DNA of 62,836 nucleotides, the filler included, from Dimargaris cristalligena (Eukaryota): NCBI GenBank assembly GCA_003614675.1. It is 2 parts of 2 records of this genome, joined end to end, with 100 filler letters (N's around TTAATTAATTAA, not from the genome) between each part and the next. Parts side by side here need not be neighbours in the genome. Positions count along the whole stretch, not along the records: positions 1 to 31,375 come from ML002442.1; 1 more part is not named here. One strand, given 5' to 3'. Under the pieces are notes generated by a model, which saw only the letters and a program-made list of their open reading frames with translations, was not told the origin of the DNA and searched no databases. The first letter of the stretch is position 1. Each line of letters opens with the position of its first letter. The translations under genes and the position numbers were made by a program. Of the stretch, positions 1-13,661 are shown piece after piece.

Positions 1-1832
1 AAGAATACGGGGAAGCAGACGACTTCGACGAAGAGGGAGGGGGGGGCCAAAGGACAGTTAAAGGGATACAGAAGGCGTAGGCGGCAGAATAGTCCGACGG
101 GGCAAAGAAAAGTGGGCGGAGACCGTAAAGGCAGGTAAACTAAACCGGTAGTATATAGAATTGTATAGGAAAAGTAAGTCACAGAGAAAGTGGGCCAGGA
201 TGGCTGGGGTGTTAAATACAAAGGCACCGACGAAGGACAAGAGAAAGGGCAGGCGGGTGTGACAAAGCAGTCACTTTTTTTAGGCAAAATTAAATTTTCA
301 AGTGAAAAAGAACGGCTGAAGGGACGGGGCGCCTCCAGCGCGACGTTTTATGGACCTGACCTCCCCCACTGTGTTCGCTATGGCTATGAGGGCCACCGTC
401 AATTCATTCATGGGCTCCCTGTATATTAGAAAAGGAGGGTATTGCAGTTGGTATAGTGTGGCGTGTAATTCGAAAATACTAACGCAGAATCACCAACGAC
501 TTGTCCACGTTCCCCCTGTGACTTCCCAGGCTTCACGTTGAATATCTGCTCTCCAAAATTTCTCATTGGGGGTATTTTTAGCTTCGGCTCACCGGCGTAC
601 CGACGGCTCGGACCGTCCCGACGCTCTCTCTTTTACTCCTACCTCATCCGAGGACGCTCCGCTAGGTGGGAAAGGATGCCAAAACAATTATTGATGGCTT
701 CTCCATAAAGACAGCCAGGTTTATTACTGGCATTTCATCAAACCCATTGGCTATTTGGGAAAGGTAACCTGAGGAGAGGAGGGGGGAGGTGATACAGGGC
801 GGAGTTGTAATAATGATCATTATCGGTTAAAATTGATAGGACCAAGCTCTAAAGAAACCCGCACTGTATTGTCTGGGAGTGGGGTGTTATCACGTATATC
901 CAATTGCCATATCGCAGCATCCAATCCACAGCAATCAATCAGTGGTTGATCCAAAAATAGTAGAGTCGCTATAATTTGGCAGTACGGATGACTCCGGAGG
1001 AGGAAAAGGTCCCGTCTTCCTACCTTGAAAGAAGCTGGTTGGTGAAGGAACCAATGAGCAGGAAAAGAAATGAATACGACGGCAGGATTATCTTTGCCAT
1101 CCGGTGCTATCGGAGCCAACCACTATTGCTCGAAACGCAATGCGACTCATCCCCGGGGAGCACCTCCATCGATAACAAATGTCAGGGGAAAAAACAATAA
1201 TCCAGCAGGTTGGCGGGCGATACCAACCAATGGTAAAGAGATAGGTTTAACAGGAGGAAACCTGGCAGCATATATGGATAATCTGAAGTATCCCTTGTAT
1301 TCGAAAGTGGGTCACCAAGTCCGACGGATAGAATTGATGAGGGGACAGTCTTAATATCGATGAGGTTGATGGGTGGGGAGGTCCTGACTGTCCAAAGTCC
1401 GGGGCATCGACCATTGTCTGAGACAGTGCAATTGTTATATTATTACACAACGTATTAGGACTTTCCCTAAAGCAATAAAAAGGCATTATACCCGAAAGAC
1501 CAGTCAAATAGAATAGCCGAGGCTGGGGCAGTACAGTCCCGCCGCATCCAAAGGCCTAATTATTTTGTCTTCTGTTAGGTAGATCAGCCACCCGAAAAAT
1601 CCACTTCTGGGTAAGCAGCTGTGTACGGCCGACTAACTCCGGTTCCAGGTCTTTTCTCTGAATTGGAAAAGCAGTCACGCCAGAGACGCCTGAGTGGCAT
1701 TATTTCCCTGTGCATAAATGCCGAATTCAGCTGACCTGGTCTAAGGGTTTTTGTGAGTTATATATAGAATGTGTTTAAAAGGGGATATTTGAAGGGGACG
1801 ACGTGAAATAAGGATAAGCAGGCTAAACTGAC

Positions 1833-4533
1833 CTGGGATGGTAGGGGCCTTGCTTCGGCGGGAATTGGTAAAAGGGCCTCTGGGTACAGAGTATAGTGTT
1901 ATTCATACCAATATGTGTAGCCAGGATAAGACGCCAGTATTTAATACAATTGTGTAATCCTTTAGGCTAATCGATGGTATTAAACTCAGGGATGGCGTGC
2001 TTTAGACCCTGGCATGGTCGGCGCAAACCCCACGACTACCTTAGTATGCCAAATCGCAGGGCCTTCTCTGGCCACAAATCCCCAAGGACGCTGGATAGAA
2101 CTCCCATGCCCAAGGTAGCACCAACGGCCGACTACATTCTCACCCACAATGCATGGGACATTGCAACAATGTAGGGGCCCAGGGAGGACCCAAGAAAGAG
2201 AGTTGACTTGGGGGTGTTTTACTCGGCCCAATATGTGCATGCATGTATCAAAATGGCATGTCCGGTATCAAGTCAGGGGTATCCATGTCGCTGTCAAAAA
2301 ATCGGTTTATTGAACCCCTCGCTGGATGAACTTATAATTAGAAGGGCATTTGGAGTATAGGCAAAGTACACATACTGCAACTTACGTCCATTTCCGAAAT
2401 TGAGGAGGGTACATTAGGGGCAGTGAAGGTAAATGGGCGGCTAGACGAGCCGGGTGGCCCACGTGGAGGACATTGGCCACTAGATCCAGGGTGTCCTGGA
2501 GGACCCGTAGCGGATGAGTTGGACTATAAAAAATATTGCAGGGTGTAAAATTAAACATTGGATAGACATCTAGGTTGGTTAGTTATAATAGATTACTATA
2601 ATATAGCACTGACCTCACACTCTAGTTAACTATCTGGAATACTGACTCGGTTGGCTAAATCAAAATGACCGGGTGGATTGGATTGCAGACGTTGGGTTCG
2701 CTGGGCCTTTTCAGCTTGCAACTCGCGCACTTGACTATATTACATTTAAACCCTCAAAATACGACAGGGATCCATTAGTTCCCATCGTTGTAAAGGTAAT
2801 TAAATACCAAATACATCTCTGTGGAAGTGAATAACACCATGCAGCTAAACAATAGCGAAATAGGTTGGAGGGGGCATATTGCCGGCTGGGAAACATATGC
2901 TGAACATAAGCCCCGGATACCCTACCGTTTCAGCTCTTTCATGTTTAGCAGCTCATCTTTGGCCCGACGTAGAACCTGCTTCTGGCGTTCGACTTTAGCC
3001 TTAAGATAGGCAATTAGCTGGGCCGAATTGCGTAGTTGAAACTAAGTGGCGGGGGATTTTAGAAGTTTCGGGTACCATTACCATTACTCATTCATAGACA
3101 CTACCAATATTAGAAGCGGGGCGAAAGTGTTGGGGTGTAATATATTTACCTCACAAATCCCCTTGTGGGGGCTTATTAGAGAAAGGTCTGATTATGGCAT
3201 ATGGTTCGGTTACCTTGACAATTTCATGATGTTCATCTATCAAAAGCTCGGTTGTGTAGAAATATCGCTGGATTTTAGGCGCAAGCTAGTGGTTATAAAG
3301 ATGGGGAGTAGCAGGAAGGGGGGGAGAAGGGATTAAGGTATACTAAATAGGATGCTCAATTCGTTAGCTATATAACGACACGGAACTTGCTTGTAATTGC
3401 AGATAATCCAGGGGGTGAAAATAAAAGGGGGAGGCCTCAGGAACAGCATAGGCGCGACCAAATCGAGGGTGTATGTAAGGTCTGATATCATTTGAACACC
3501 GGCCTCGGATATTCGAAATTGGTAGAATAGGAGAGATGAGTGAGAGGTGAGAGGAGCAACATGCGCCTGGGATGATCCCAATGTCGGAGAAAAACAACGA
3601 GGATTTTCGATCACTCAGGCTGCTCGAACACCACGTCACCCGCGGTAAACTATCACGTACTTGCTCATTGATGGGCGCGAGGTTGCATATTTCGTGACAG
3701 ACGGGACATGCCACGTCGGACGGTGGTATGGTCAGAACACTACCGCCGCCGCCTCGGAACGAGCCCTCTGCGAAAGGGAATGCGAATCAGGAAAGCATAT
3801 AACTGTATGATTAAATCCAGCGGTATTTTACTTACCCCCAGGAACCGCACTTCAGTGAGGATCGGGAATAGCCGAATCGTTTACATCGGGAATGCCATGT
3901 TAAGACAAATCCGATATGCAATTGGATCCATCTCCCTAGTTTTCATTTAACCGAAGAGACCCTGATTGGTCATGGTTATTCCGAAGTTGGTTTATAATTA
4001 CCGAGACGAGCAGGAGGAGGAGGAGGATAATTTTTTATATAAAAAAATGGAAAGGGGGGGAGAGAGGGGGGGTTTTGAGTATGAGGTGTTTTACCTGATA
4101 CCGGTATACACTGTTGGCACAGAATGTGACCGCATTCAGTGAGCCAATAGTCAGCAGCGGCGGAACTCTTGCACCGATTGCAGTGCACCCACAGTTCAGG
4201 GCCTAAGATCACGTCTTCGGAGGCTGTGCTGGGGGACAACCCCGGCTGCTGGGGGGGTGGCTGAGTGGGGATCGCTGCTACTTGCGGCTGTGACTGTAAT
4301 TGTGGTTGGGATAAAGGCGGCGGCGGTGGTGGTGGTAATAGGGGAGCAGGGGGTAGAAACGGTCGGGGACCTATTCCGGACGTGGGCATTGGAACGGTGA
4401 ACGGGTCATTGAGTAAGCTGCCGCCAGCGGTGGAGGTCGGGCGTGGAGGTGACGGATAGCGGCCGGACCGGTGTGATCTGGGTATGTGGAAATGACTTTG
4501 ACTCTGATTGGGGGGAAGTGGGGGGGCGGACAT
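1833..4533 (-). CDS. Zip3/RNF212-like meiotic RING-finger E3 ligase (multi-exon; 3' end unresolved, probably extends below 1833)
   Basis: Frame-consistent GT-AG exons 4533-4095, 3767-3661, 3285-3214, 3041-2926, 2734-2647, 2523-2386, and tentatively 1879-1833. They give WVHCNRC..YWLTECGHILCQQC..CPVC (RING), then LAPKIQRYF..FQLRNSAQLIAYLKAKVERQKQVLRRAKDEL (coiled coil), then a low-complexity tail, as in RNF212/Zip3. Confidence 0.75.
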
Positions 4534-7500
4534 GATGCACTGTAAGGTCGAGTAGGACAAAGTAATTTGCTATATATATATATGTATTTTCAATGGGTGG
4601 CTATAAAGGGAGGTATTTATCCATATAACAATTCATTGGAATTCAAGAGACCATGAAAAATAAAATGAAGTCGAATTTTAAACTGGTGTAAAGGGAGAGA
4701 GAGAGTAGGATAGAAATGTATGAGTAAAAGGGTGCTATATAGGAAATATATTAGATGACCGGTGGAGGTGAATCTATGCGGGTAAGGGGTGTCGTCAACT
4801 GTATGCGTCAGCGAGGCGGGACTCTCCCCCATACCAGCTCTCGAGCGGCATATGCACTCGGGGAGACGGGGTCGAAGGGACCCTGCACGGTGGAGAATTG
4901 TAGGGTTATGCCGGCCGGAGAAATGTGGTTGCTGTTCTTTTTTTGGTCGAGACTTGGGTGAGGTGTGTGCACTTCTTTCTTAGGTAACTCAGACGAAACG
5001 AGACTTGGCTAGTCGTAGTGTTCCCGACCGACCCCAATGAAGCTGGGAAAAATCTCACCCTATTGACCTCGCATACCCACCACAGAGTCTCGCAACAGCC
5101 GACGGAGTGGAAAGTAGTCAGAAGTGGGTGCATGGCCCGGCCACCCCAAACTACCCGCATCAACTTGAACGGATAAAGACGAGCAATCTTATAATCCGCC
5201 GTAGACCTGGCAGGGCGGTAACATTTCCACCACAATCGAGGACATATAAGGGGTAGAGGGATATCCCCTCCCCTCCCCGTAATACTGGTATTCAACTAAT
5301 AGCCACCATGCTGGCAATAGGGGTGTCCATCCTTCGATACCTACTGATATCGGCTTTTAAGGCAATATTAAGGAGTCCAATCTGCCGCCCCATCCCGGAT
5401 TTGAATCGAGAGGTTTGGCCCTAAAACGAAAGAGGGGGGGGAGTTCTCCAACCAGTTATTACTAGTATTACTATTATTCCAACCACCGCATAGTCGTATA
5501 TTAGAAGCTTGCGTGTAGGTGCCGCCCCAGAGGTAATTGTTCGGGCCACACCATGGCCCCTTCCTGAGGGGCACTGCTGCTGATAAATCGGACTCTAATA
5601 ATAGCCAACCTCGGATTACGGATGGGTTCCCCGCTTTTGAAGCAGTATGAGCCAATCACTTACACCGGGACAAAGTCGAGACGATCTGGAATCTTCATTT
5701 CCGGGGGATACGCCTATCTCAGTATCTACATCAATCGATGGCTATATATAGATATAGATATATCCCGAAATCTATGGAGAAGTAGACATGCCCCGTGCTT
5801 TCGCAAGCCGGAAATGCGACAGGATGGGGTCATTCGGCCGGGGGGTTGTGACCCTGACGAAACCGCCGAACCAAGGGAATAAAATGCCCTTTGCCCGAGA
5901 AAACCAGTCGTTAAATTATATTGCCACTTTCTGTTGCTATTGGTGGTGGTAGAAGGGGGCTATCGGCATCATTATGGCTACGAATACTCCGACCGTCAAT
6001 TACCACTCTTTCTCACCACTGCAGTATCGGGATGTCCCTCACTTCCCGAGGACGCCTCCCGTAACTAATACCACACCCCCCTCCCCTCAAATAAAACATC
6101 CGGTCCAAATACTCTCTCATCTAGGGAACTGCCTCAGCCCCCCCCCATACCGGCTATGTTTATGTTTGTGTGCCTGGGTCTGTGGGTGCCATTTCACGCG
6201 ACATGTATGGAGAGGTCATTGAATGTGCTAGAGGGGGATGGCTGGAGGGAATAGGAATGAGTATCTCCCTGTATCTGTGTGGGGTGAGGGTATTGTTGCG
6301 TACGGAGAGGGTGGGGTAGAGTCGGATGAGACTCTCCGTATTCGTCGTTCAAACTCAATACTCGGGTTGACCATGCGGCCAGGGGCGAGCCTCCCCTTTT
6401 ACTCCTCCTCGTCTTCCCCAGAGAATGGGAGGGACTCTCCAGACCGGCATTGAGAACACCCCGTCGCCAGCTGATACGATGAAATAGCCATCTTCCCCCC
6501 GACCCACATTATACTTGTCCGCAGGTGGGCGTTTAGCTTATAGGAGGCGTTGGGTAGTTTATTAGTTGCGGAAGCGGCACATTCTACGTGCATGGTGTTT
6601 TTTCTATTAGACCGAACCATGACGCTAGGCAACGGTCAGATGGTCAACTGAGGAGAGTTATTTTTAGAGGGGATTAACACACACACACACACGCCGTCCA
6701 TTATCCCCCAAGAGAATCAAACCAAGAAAGAACCTTGGCGCCACATCTTAAGATGATGGCGGAAAGGGAAGAAGACTAAAGACATACACACGCACACAAT
6801 GCACAGTAATCCGGTTCTGTATTACACCCCCCTCCTTATATTCATCCTTCTGTCTATCTATTGATGTCTGGGGCCTCTAGGCGAAAGGGCCGAGAACCTT
6901 CTCCCTTCTGTTTCTTCTCGGCTTGCGTACCTCCGCTTCGAGATGCTAGCACCTGACTAGACAGGCCCAGAGGCGGGACTAGGAGAACTCTCCGGCATTG
7001 AATTGCAATAATGGTTCACGGCCTGGTTTGACCTAAATCCTTAATCTGGGCACATACCTTTCTAGTCCCATTGCCCTTTGGCATTCTTCCGGTTGCCAAA
7101 CCCCGCCTGCCGACGGCTGGTACCTACATGAGCTCGATTCATAGCCTCCCTGGGGTCCATTCAGTTTCCAACCCGTGGGGGGAGAGAGGGAGAGGGATAG
7201 AAAGGGAGGGGGGTACAGAGAAGGAACCACTTCCTTCCCCTCTGCATCGCTGACGAATGTCTGAATCAGCAGCCGGCGTGGCTGACCATTACCATCACCC
7301 TCCGATGGTAAGTTAAGTTACACCCTCCTTTCTTCTCTATTCTACTGCTATTACCCCGCAGGTCTCTCCTGGCGCGTGGGGTATTTTACATAATACAGGT
7401 GGCCCTATATCATCTCCCAAAAATAACCCGGGGTGTGCTGTTCTCCTCAGCTTGATGCGCAGTCCGGTCCTGTATAGTCATGCAAGCCGGTCGTTGTGGT

Positions 7501-7765
7501 GAATCACCGAGTGATGCTATGGGGCTATATAGACCATTATTACTACTATTATTAATGGGATGGAAAGGTGCATTACGCTGAAGCCATCACACAATCAACC
7601 GACCGGTTCACCTCCCATTGTCCCTCATACCCCGCTAGCCGAGCGGGTAAATCTATTAGGTGCGGAGCATACTCATTACACATTCGGATATGTAAGGTTG
7701 GGGAGGACTTAGTTTAGATATTGTTGCGTTAAGCCCACATGGTGGAATAATAGAAATTTGGCATG

Positions 7766-7809
<44 letters not shown>
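7766..7809. repeat. Compound (AT)n(AG)n microsatellite
   Basis: Directly visible run tatatata...agagagag. Confidence 0.9.
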
Positions 7810-8176
7810 ATGGGTGTGTGTAGCTTAGCTATGTTAATGGCAGCTATGTTGGGACATATACACACACGCTTACTCATACTGGCATCCACATCCACACTAC
7901 TACGGGGAATTGGGGTGTGTCAGTCTGGCGCCATGGCGTTGGCGAATACAGTGACTTCGACTATACTCTCGCCCCCCCCCCCAAAAAAAGACTACTGAGT
8001 ACCGGACCGTAGTTTCGGCGAGCCCAGACCCCTTGCGGGTATTATTAGACTACGATGATTGGGGTGGGGGAATCGGCGGGACGGGAGTTTTGGCTGGCTA
8101 CAATAGAAAGGGAGGGAGGGTCCCTTAATTCTCTGTAAATCATTGTCATCTCGATTAATATCAGTTGACGTGCGAA

Positions 8177-8186
8177 TATATAAATA
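8177..8186 (+). promoter_or_regulatory. Putative TATA box of the thioesterase gene
   Basis: TATATAAATA about 310 nt upstream of ATG 8488, followed by a pyrimidine-rich leader. Confidence 0.4.
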
Positions 8187-8487
8187 GCTCCCCCCTCGCC
8201 GCCCTCACCCGCCCATCACGCACCGTTCTGTAGCACCACCAGTCGCACTCCCCACCGCACTGTCCCTTTCCCCATTATTTTGTTGTTGCTGTTTTATTGG
8301 GGTTGGCTTTTAATTTATGTGTAGGAATCCCTAGATCTTATTTGCTATAATTAAATCTCGATTATCATCTATACGACATCCCCGTGTGCCCCCACCCTCA
8401 CCCCATTTATCTAGCACCAAATCTTCAGCTCCGACCCACGGCCTCTCCCTCCTTCTCCGTATTCAATCAATTCTCCCCTTGCCCACC

Positions 8488-9246
8488 ATGTCGAACCACT
8501 ACGAGACCATGACCCAGTACCAGCGCGGTATTACCCGCAAGCAGCCCTTGTTCCTTATCCACGCCGCCAGTGGCTTGAGCCTCCCGTACTTCGGCATGTA
8601 CCCCCTGGACCGCCCGGTGTACGGCATCACCAACCCTTACTTCAACGAGCCCGTGAACAAACCCAACCGCCGGGAATTCAAGTGCATGAAGACCATGGCG
8701 CGCGCGTACCTGCGCATGATCCGCCGGGTCCAGCCCCGCGGCCCGTACCTCCTGGGGGGTTGGTCGTTCGGTGGGGTCTTGGCCCTGGAAGTGGCCCGCC
8801 AGCTAATTGGGCTGGACGAAGTGGTATCCCATGTAGTGCTGCTGGACTCCGCCCACCTCCCCGGGTATAAATTCCCCGTGGAATACAACTATGTGTTGGT
8901 GGACGCCCTGCTTTCCCGCAGCGAAGGGCTCGACCCCGACACCTGTGCCAAGATCCGCGAGTCGTACCGCAATTCGCAGTACCTCATGGGTCAGCATGCC
9001 ACTGCGCCTTACCATGGCAAAGTCACCCTGATCCGGTCCACCGTGTACGACGAATCGATCCCCATGCCCGCCGTGGAAGAGGAGCTGGAGCGGAAGGTGG
9101 TGGAAAGTACCGATAATTGTTGGGGCGACCGGTTGTCCAACTTGAATGTGCTGGATATCCCCGTGTCGCATGATTCGTTGTTCGACCCTGAATACGTGGA
9201 ACAGACTTCCAATTTGCTCCGTGATGCTCTGGCCGAATTACCCTAA
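8488..9246 (+). CDS. Stand-alone thioesterase-domain protein (NRPS/PKS terminal TE-like alpha/beta hydrolase), intronless
   Basis: Motifs PLFLIHAASG, QPRGPYLLGGWSFGG (GxSxG nucleophile), VVLLDS and C-terminal SHDSLF (catalytic His). ATG 8488 is in cccaccATG context. Confidence 0.88.
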   Translation: MSNHYETMTQYQRGITRKQPLFLIHAASGLSLPYFGMYPLDRPVYGITNPYFNEPVNKPNRREFKCMKTMARAYLRMIRRVQPRGPYLLGGWSFGGVLALEVARQLIGLDEVVSHVVLLDSAHLPGYKFPVEYNYVLVDALLSRSEGLDPDTCAKIRESYRNSQYLMGQHATAPYHGKVTLIRSTVYDESIPMPAVEEELERKVVESTDNCWGDRLSNLNVLDIPVSHDSLFDPEYVEQTSNLLRDALAELP

Positions 9247-9933
9247 ATTACCCTAAATTACCCTATCTATCTACCTAGAATCTACCCAGAAAGCAGCGAG
9301 GTTCAAGAGAAGCCGCCCCTTCATCAAATCACATGTGCCTCCCCCTCTCTTCTGCCCTTCTATTATATTATCACCCAAGCCCTGCCCCTTTGTCCGCTCC
9401 ATCCTCCCCTTGAATATCACTCACGCGCTCAATCCCTCACTCACCCATCCCTGAACTGGCCAGGGAACACGTCACACTCGCTCCCCTTACGCTTTGTTCA
9501 CCTACCATGACCCTAAACTATTGACCGCCACACCCGCTTATTTGCTTGCTTGTCACGCTTGCTTTCCACCCCCCACACCCACACCCACTCCCACTCCCAT
9601 ACACACACACACACACCAACATATACGATCCTACCCCATCCCACTAGATTTATTGATTGATTGATTTGGCCTTTCTCTGAACTCTCGCATCATTTTTCCT
9701 AACCTTGCAATTTTACGCTATTCTCTTTTATTAATCGCCGCTTGTAAAGTGGAGGCACCAACTACTCGCCACCGCTTTCCCCTAATTTAACCAAGTCTTT
9801 TTGTATGTAATAAAAGCATCCATACCATCCATTTACTACGGGTAATATATATATATATATATATGGTTATTGAGGCAGAAAAGTTGGAATAGGGAGGATG
9901 TATGATAGTGGTGTCCAATGGGGGGGTTTTTTT

Positions 9934-12197
9934 TTAGATCCCATCTCGGGTCACTTCAATATCCTCCAAATAGGTAAGGACTTCCCGGGCCAAGGCGTGC
10001 TTGATCGAATGCTCTGCATCGTCGTCGTTGGCGGCGGCGCGAATAGCCAGGTATTTCCGGCCCAGGATATCGAAATTGTCACCCCTGATTTGATTGAGCG
10101 CCGACGGGGAGGATAATGAGGCAGGTGACTGTTCAGAGAAGAACCCCCGGCCGTTGACCACGATACCCCCCGCTTCGCGCACAATCACGGTACCGGCGGC
10201 AATATCCCACAGGTGCGAACCAATTTCCCAGTACATATCGGTGGCCCCGCGGGCAACCATACACATGTCCAACGCGCCCGACCCTAGTACCCGAACCCCG
10301 CGCACTTGGGCGCCTCCTTCTCCTCCTCCGGACCCTCGTCGATGATGCTGGGCGGATACCAACGGAGCCGGGGTTGGGGTTACAGTTGAAGTGGCGGTGG
10401 TGGGATGGGCCCCCTGTTGTTCCGATGATAGGAGACGACGCAGGGACGCCAGGCGGGAATCCAGGACGGCCGGGGTCCGGTCGGAGCCGTGTTCAAAACC
10501 CACCAGACATTGGTTCAGGGGTGGCAGTGGGGCGGGCTGGCCAGTAGGAAAAGGAAGGCGAGTGGATTGGTTCAGCCAGGCCCCGTGGCCCTGGCGAGCG
10601 CTATAGAGCTGGCATTGAAATCCATATTCATATTCATATTGTATTAAAATAGAATCCATCAGGGGTATTAGTTACATAAATAATGAGAATATGGGTGGGG
10701 AGGAGGTAATGCAGGGGCAGATATAACCGACTTCTGAGACCGTGTAGTCGGCTGGATAAATATTAAAAACGGACAGCCTCATCCATTCTTGTATTTTTAC
10801 ACTAGTTGTTTCAGTGGATATGTAGATTTGGGGAATTAGGGGAAAACAGGACAGGCCCACTCACTACTCCACTACTACTACTACTACTACTTATCTATCA
10901 TACCTCATCAAGGACTGGGTTGTACACTACGCCGACTACTAGTTCCTTTCGGTAAGCCAGCGCGATGGAAATAGCAACGAAGGGGAATCTATGGGTTTTC
11001 GAGTTACAAAAAGGGATTATATAACACATCTAAACTTAGTATAGGTGGATGAGACTGGGGTGGCAGTTAGGGTGCGGTGCTATCATCACTCATACCATAC
11101 TTTGACAAGCCTCGAATTGTATAGCTGACGCCCCTTTCTCCCCTGTTAACAGCGGTGGGGCTTGCCTAGCCCTACGAACCACCCATATTCCATCGGCATT
11201 TCGAAGTGCCCCGATGCTTCAATTAAACTAGGTTTTTTTTTACCTTTGGGTGAAGTTGGTGGTCCCATCTGGATGTATGTGTAAGCCCCCGGTAGTAGGG
11301 ATAGTATATAATGTGCACAATATATAGAGTAGATGTAAGCATTCGAGCCATATTGAACCACCTCACTCGCCAAGCAGAACGTGGATTTTCCCCATAGGGG
11401 TTTTCTTTTAAATATCCAGCATACTCTATGCCTAGTTTAAGTAACGCCCCCACCTAAAGCACGATCAATCAATAGATTTAGGGGATAGTTTACCGACGGG
11501 ATCGACAATCCAGGTCGGATCATCAGCCAAAGTCCACGAACTGTCCGAGGCACTTTCCTCGCCAATGAGTCTAGGGAATATACGTATATATATATATATA
11601 AGTGAGGGTTTACATAAAGGAGCCGGGGGGGAGGTGTAACTTAAATTAATTTTAATATAATCGTGGCCACCAAACCGGCGGGACGGGGATTGGCCGGGTT
11701 CCTGTGGCGACGGTCTTCCAGGAGAGGGGCGCGCAGTGGAGAGACGACCACACCAGGCATTATCGTGTCCAATGTGCTTCAGCTTCTCCTCTCTTTAACC
11801 CTCGCTCCCAACCAGTTCGCTCTTTTTCCCTGTCCATCCCTCCTCTTCCACCCTCTTAATTCGCCTTTCCAAGGGCACATACCACATAGGTCCCTAGCGC
11901 GTATATCACTCGTACTTTTGATTTTGATATATATATATATATTTTAAAAAAGTGAAGTCGATATTCAACTTACTTATGGTCCGGGTACCGCTCGCGAATA
12001 ATACCAAAAACGAGGGTTTCGACGTGCTGGTCAACCAGGGTCACTAGGTCAGAGGGGTTGCCATTCTTGACCTGCCCTTCGACCGATAGGCCCTGGCCGT
12101 AGAAGGCGTCCCGAATAACCTGGCCGCCTTGCCGGGCGAGGTCACAGGCGAACTGGAGAATGGCGGCTGTATCGAGAGTAGAGTGCTGGGAGGCCAT
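9934..12197 (-). CDS. Inositol monophosphatase (IMPase), 5 exons
   Basis: Exons approx. 12197-11974, 11570-11494, 11268-11244, 10988-10904, 10609-9934. They give DLVTLVD, IGEES, TWIVDPVDGTTNF, VGVVYNP, GSGALDMCMVARG and WDIAAGTVIVREAGG, the IMPase signature motifs. Confidence 0.93.
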
Positions 12198-12732
12198 AGG
12201 GTAATAATACTCTGGAAATGTGGAAATGGGTGAGAGAATAGCTGGGAAGAATGGGGGGATGAGCAAGACCCTCCTCTCCTCTCCTCTCTTCCTTATACTA
12301 TAGTGAGGTAATAAACCGCTTCTTCTTTCGCCTTGAACTATTCACTATCTGGTCCCATCAAACTGATCGGTGGTACTTTTTTTTTGTGGTGAATAATTTT
12401 GGAGGGATATGTTGATTTTCCTTAGTAGCAGCAGCAAAGTGCATACATAGATGGATAGGGTTGGGGAGAAGAGCAAAAGTCCACTCCACACAGCCACGGT
12501 TCAACTACTATACTACAAGGAATACAGCCCTCCCAACTAAGCGACGGCTCACGACAGAGCTGCATTGATCTCTTTTGCTACTACATTCACCTTGGCCATG
12601 CGCTGCTCTATTCAATTCCCCCTTATTTCATCTGGTCGCCTCCATTGAATCCCCTCCCTCCACACCGCACCACACACCCCATTCGCGCCGATCACTCTCT
12701 CGCAGCCGTCGTCCAAAAAATTGTTCGTAGCC

Positions 12733-12978
12733 ATGCGGCCTCTCACTCTTGCGCAAAAGGATCGCCTCACCAGTCGGCTATTCATGGTCTGTGCCGTCGG
12801 CTCCATCCTCACCGTAGCCGCTCCCACGTTGTTCCCCTGTCCCGTCATGGAGCAGCAAAAAGAACGGGACCGGGAGGACTATTACGCCATCGCCCACCAC
12901 GAGGCTTATTTTACCGGGCAGCAGAAAGACCCCCGGCCGGCCGTTCGGTTGCCCTCTACCGAGAAGCCTACCCAGTAA
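12733..12978 (+). CDS. COA2: Cytochrome c oxidase assembly factor 2-like small protein
   Basis: 81 aa. Basic N-terminus, one hydrophobic segment (LFMVCAVGSILTVAAPTL), then FPCPV, matching the (L/F)PCP pattern of Coa2. Confidence 0.65.
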   Translation: MRPLTLAQKDRLTSRLFMVCAVGSILTVAAPTLFPCPVMEQQKERDREDYYAIAHHEAYFTGQQKDPRPAVRLPSTEKPTQ

Positions 12979-13661
12979 ATTAAATACGCTTCGCATACGC
13001 ACATTACGGGCGTGCCCCCCCCCCTTACCATACAAGGGAAGCGTACCGCGCCGGTTACATTCATGTTGTTTTTCTATATACACACACATTCCAATCATTT
13101 TTTATTTATTTATAGACCTTTAGTCGGCCTCACTCTTCAATGTCAGTTTGGTACCTTAGACTTGGCCTCCATTCAATATGTGCACATGGCCTTACTTCAG
13201 CTGTCCCTCCCCCCTCTTCTTTTTTTTTTTGTACAATAAACTGCCATATTCGACCCATCGCCATTTGCTGATGGATAGTGGGATTATTCAAACACTGGCC
13301 CTTCTCCAATCGCATAGGGATTTCGGAGGGCTTCAAGGAGGCGGAGGGTGCGAAATCAGGGCTCAGCAACGAATTTCATTCGTGAATCTCCAGCAATAGG
13401 GCAGGTGAAAACCATCAGGCAATTGTATCACATCTTATCGCTAACCCGAAGCACTATACTAAGTGTAATCTATAAATAAAGAGCAGTGATTTAATCAGTC
13501 TGGTCATTGTATAAAACTAAAAAAGCCATTTAGGGGAAGATGTGGGTATGTGGAGAGGGAGAGGAGGGGTTTAAAACATCGGTTCTCGACCACCAATATA
13601 AAAAATAAAAAAGAAGAAGAAAAAGAAGGAAGAATTGGGGAGCCAGGCCCTCCCAAAAGAT

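Noticed and set aside
3836-3935. Possible extra exon in the Zip3-like gene (AG..GTAAGT bounded)
   Set aside because: Its 100-nt length breaks the phase, whereas the direct 4095-to-3767 splice keeps the RING in frame.
4600-8380. Many short ORFs in the long intergenic region
   Set aside because: No recognisable motifs or consistent exon chain; microsatellite-rich non-coding DNA.
9238-9265. TTACCCTAAA x ~3 at the thioesterase stop, superficially telomere-like
   Set aside because: Only about 2.7 units and internal; most simply a slippage duplication.
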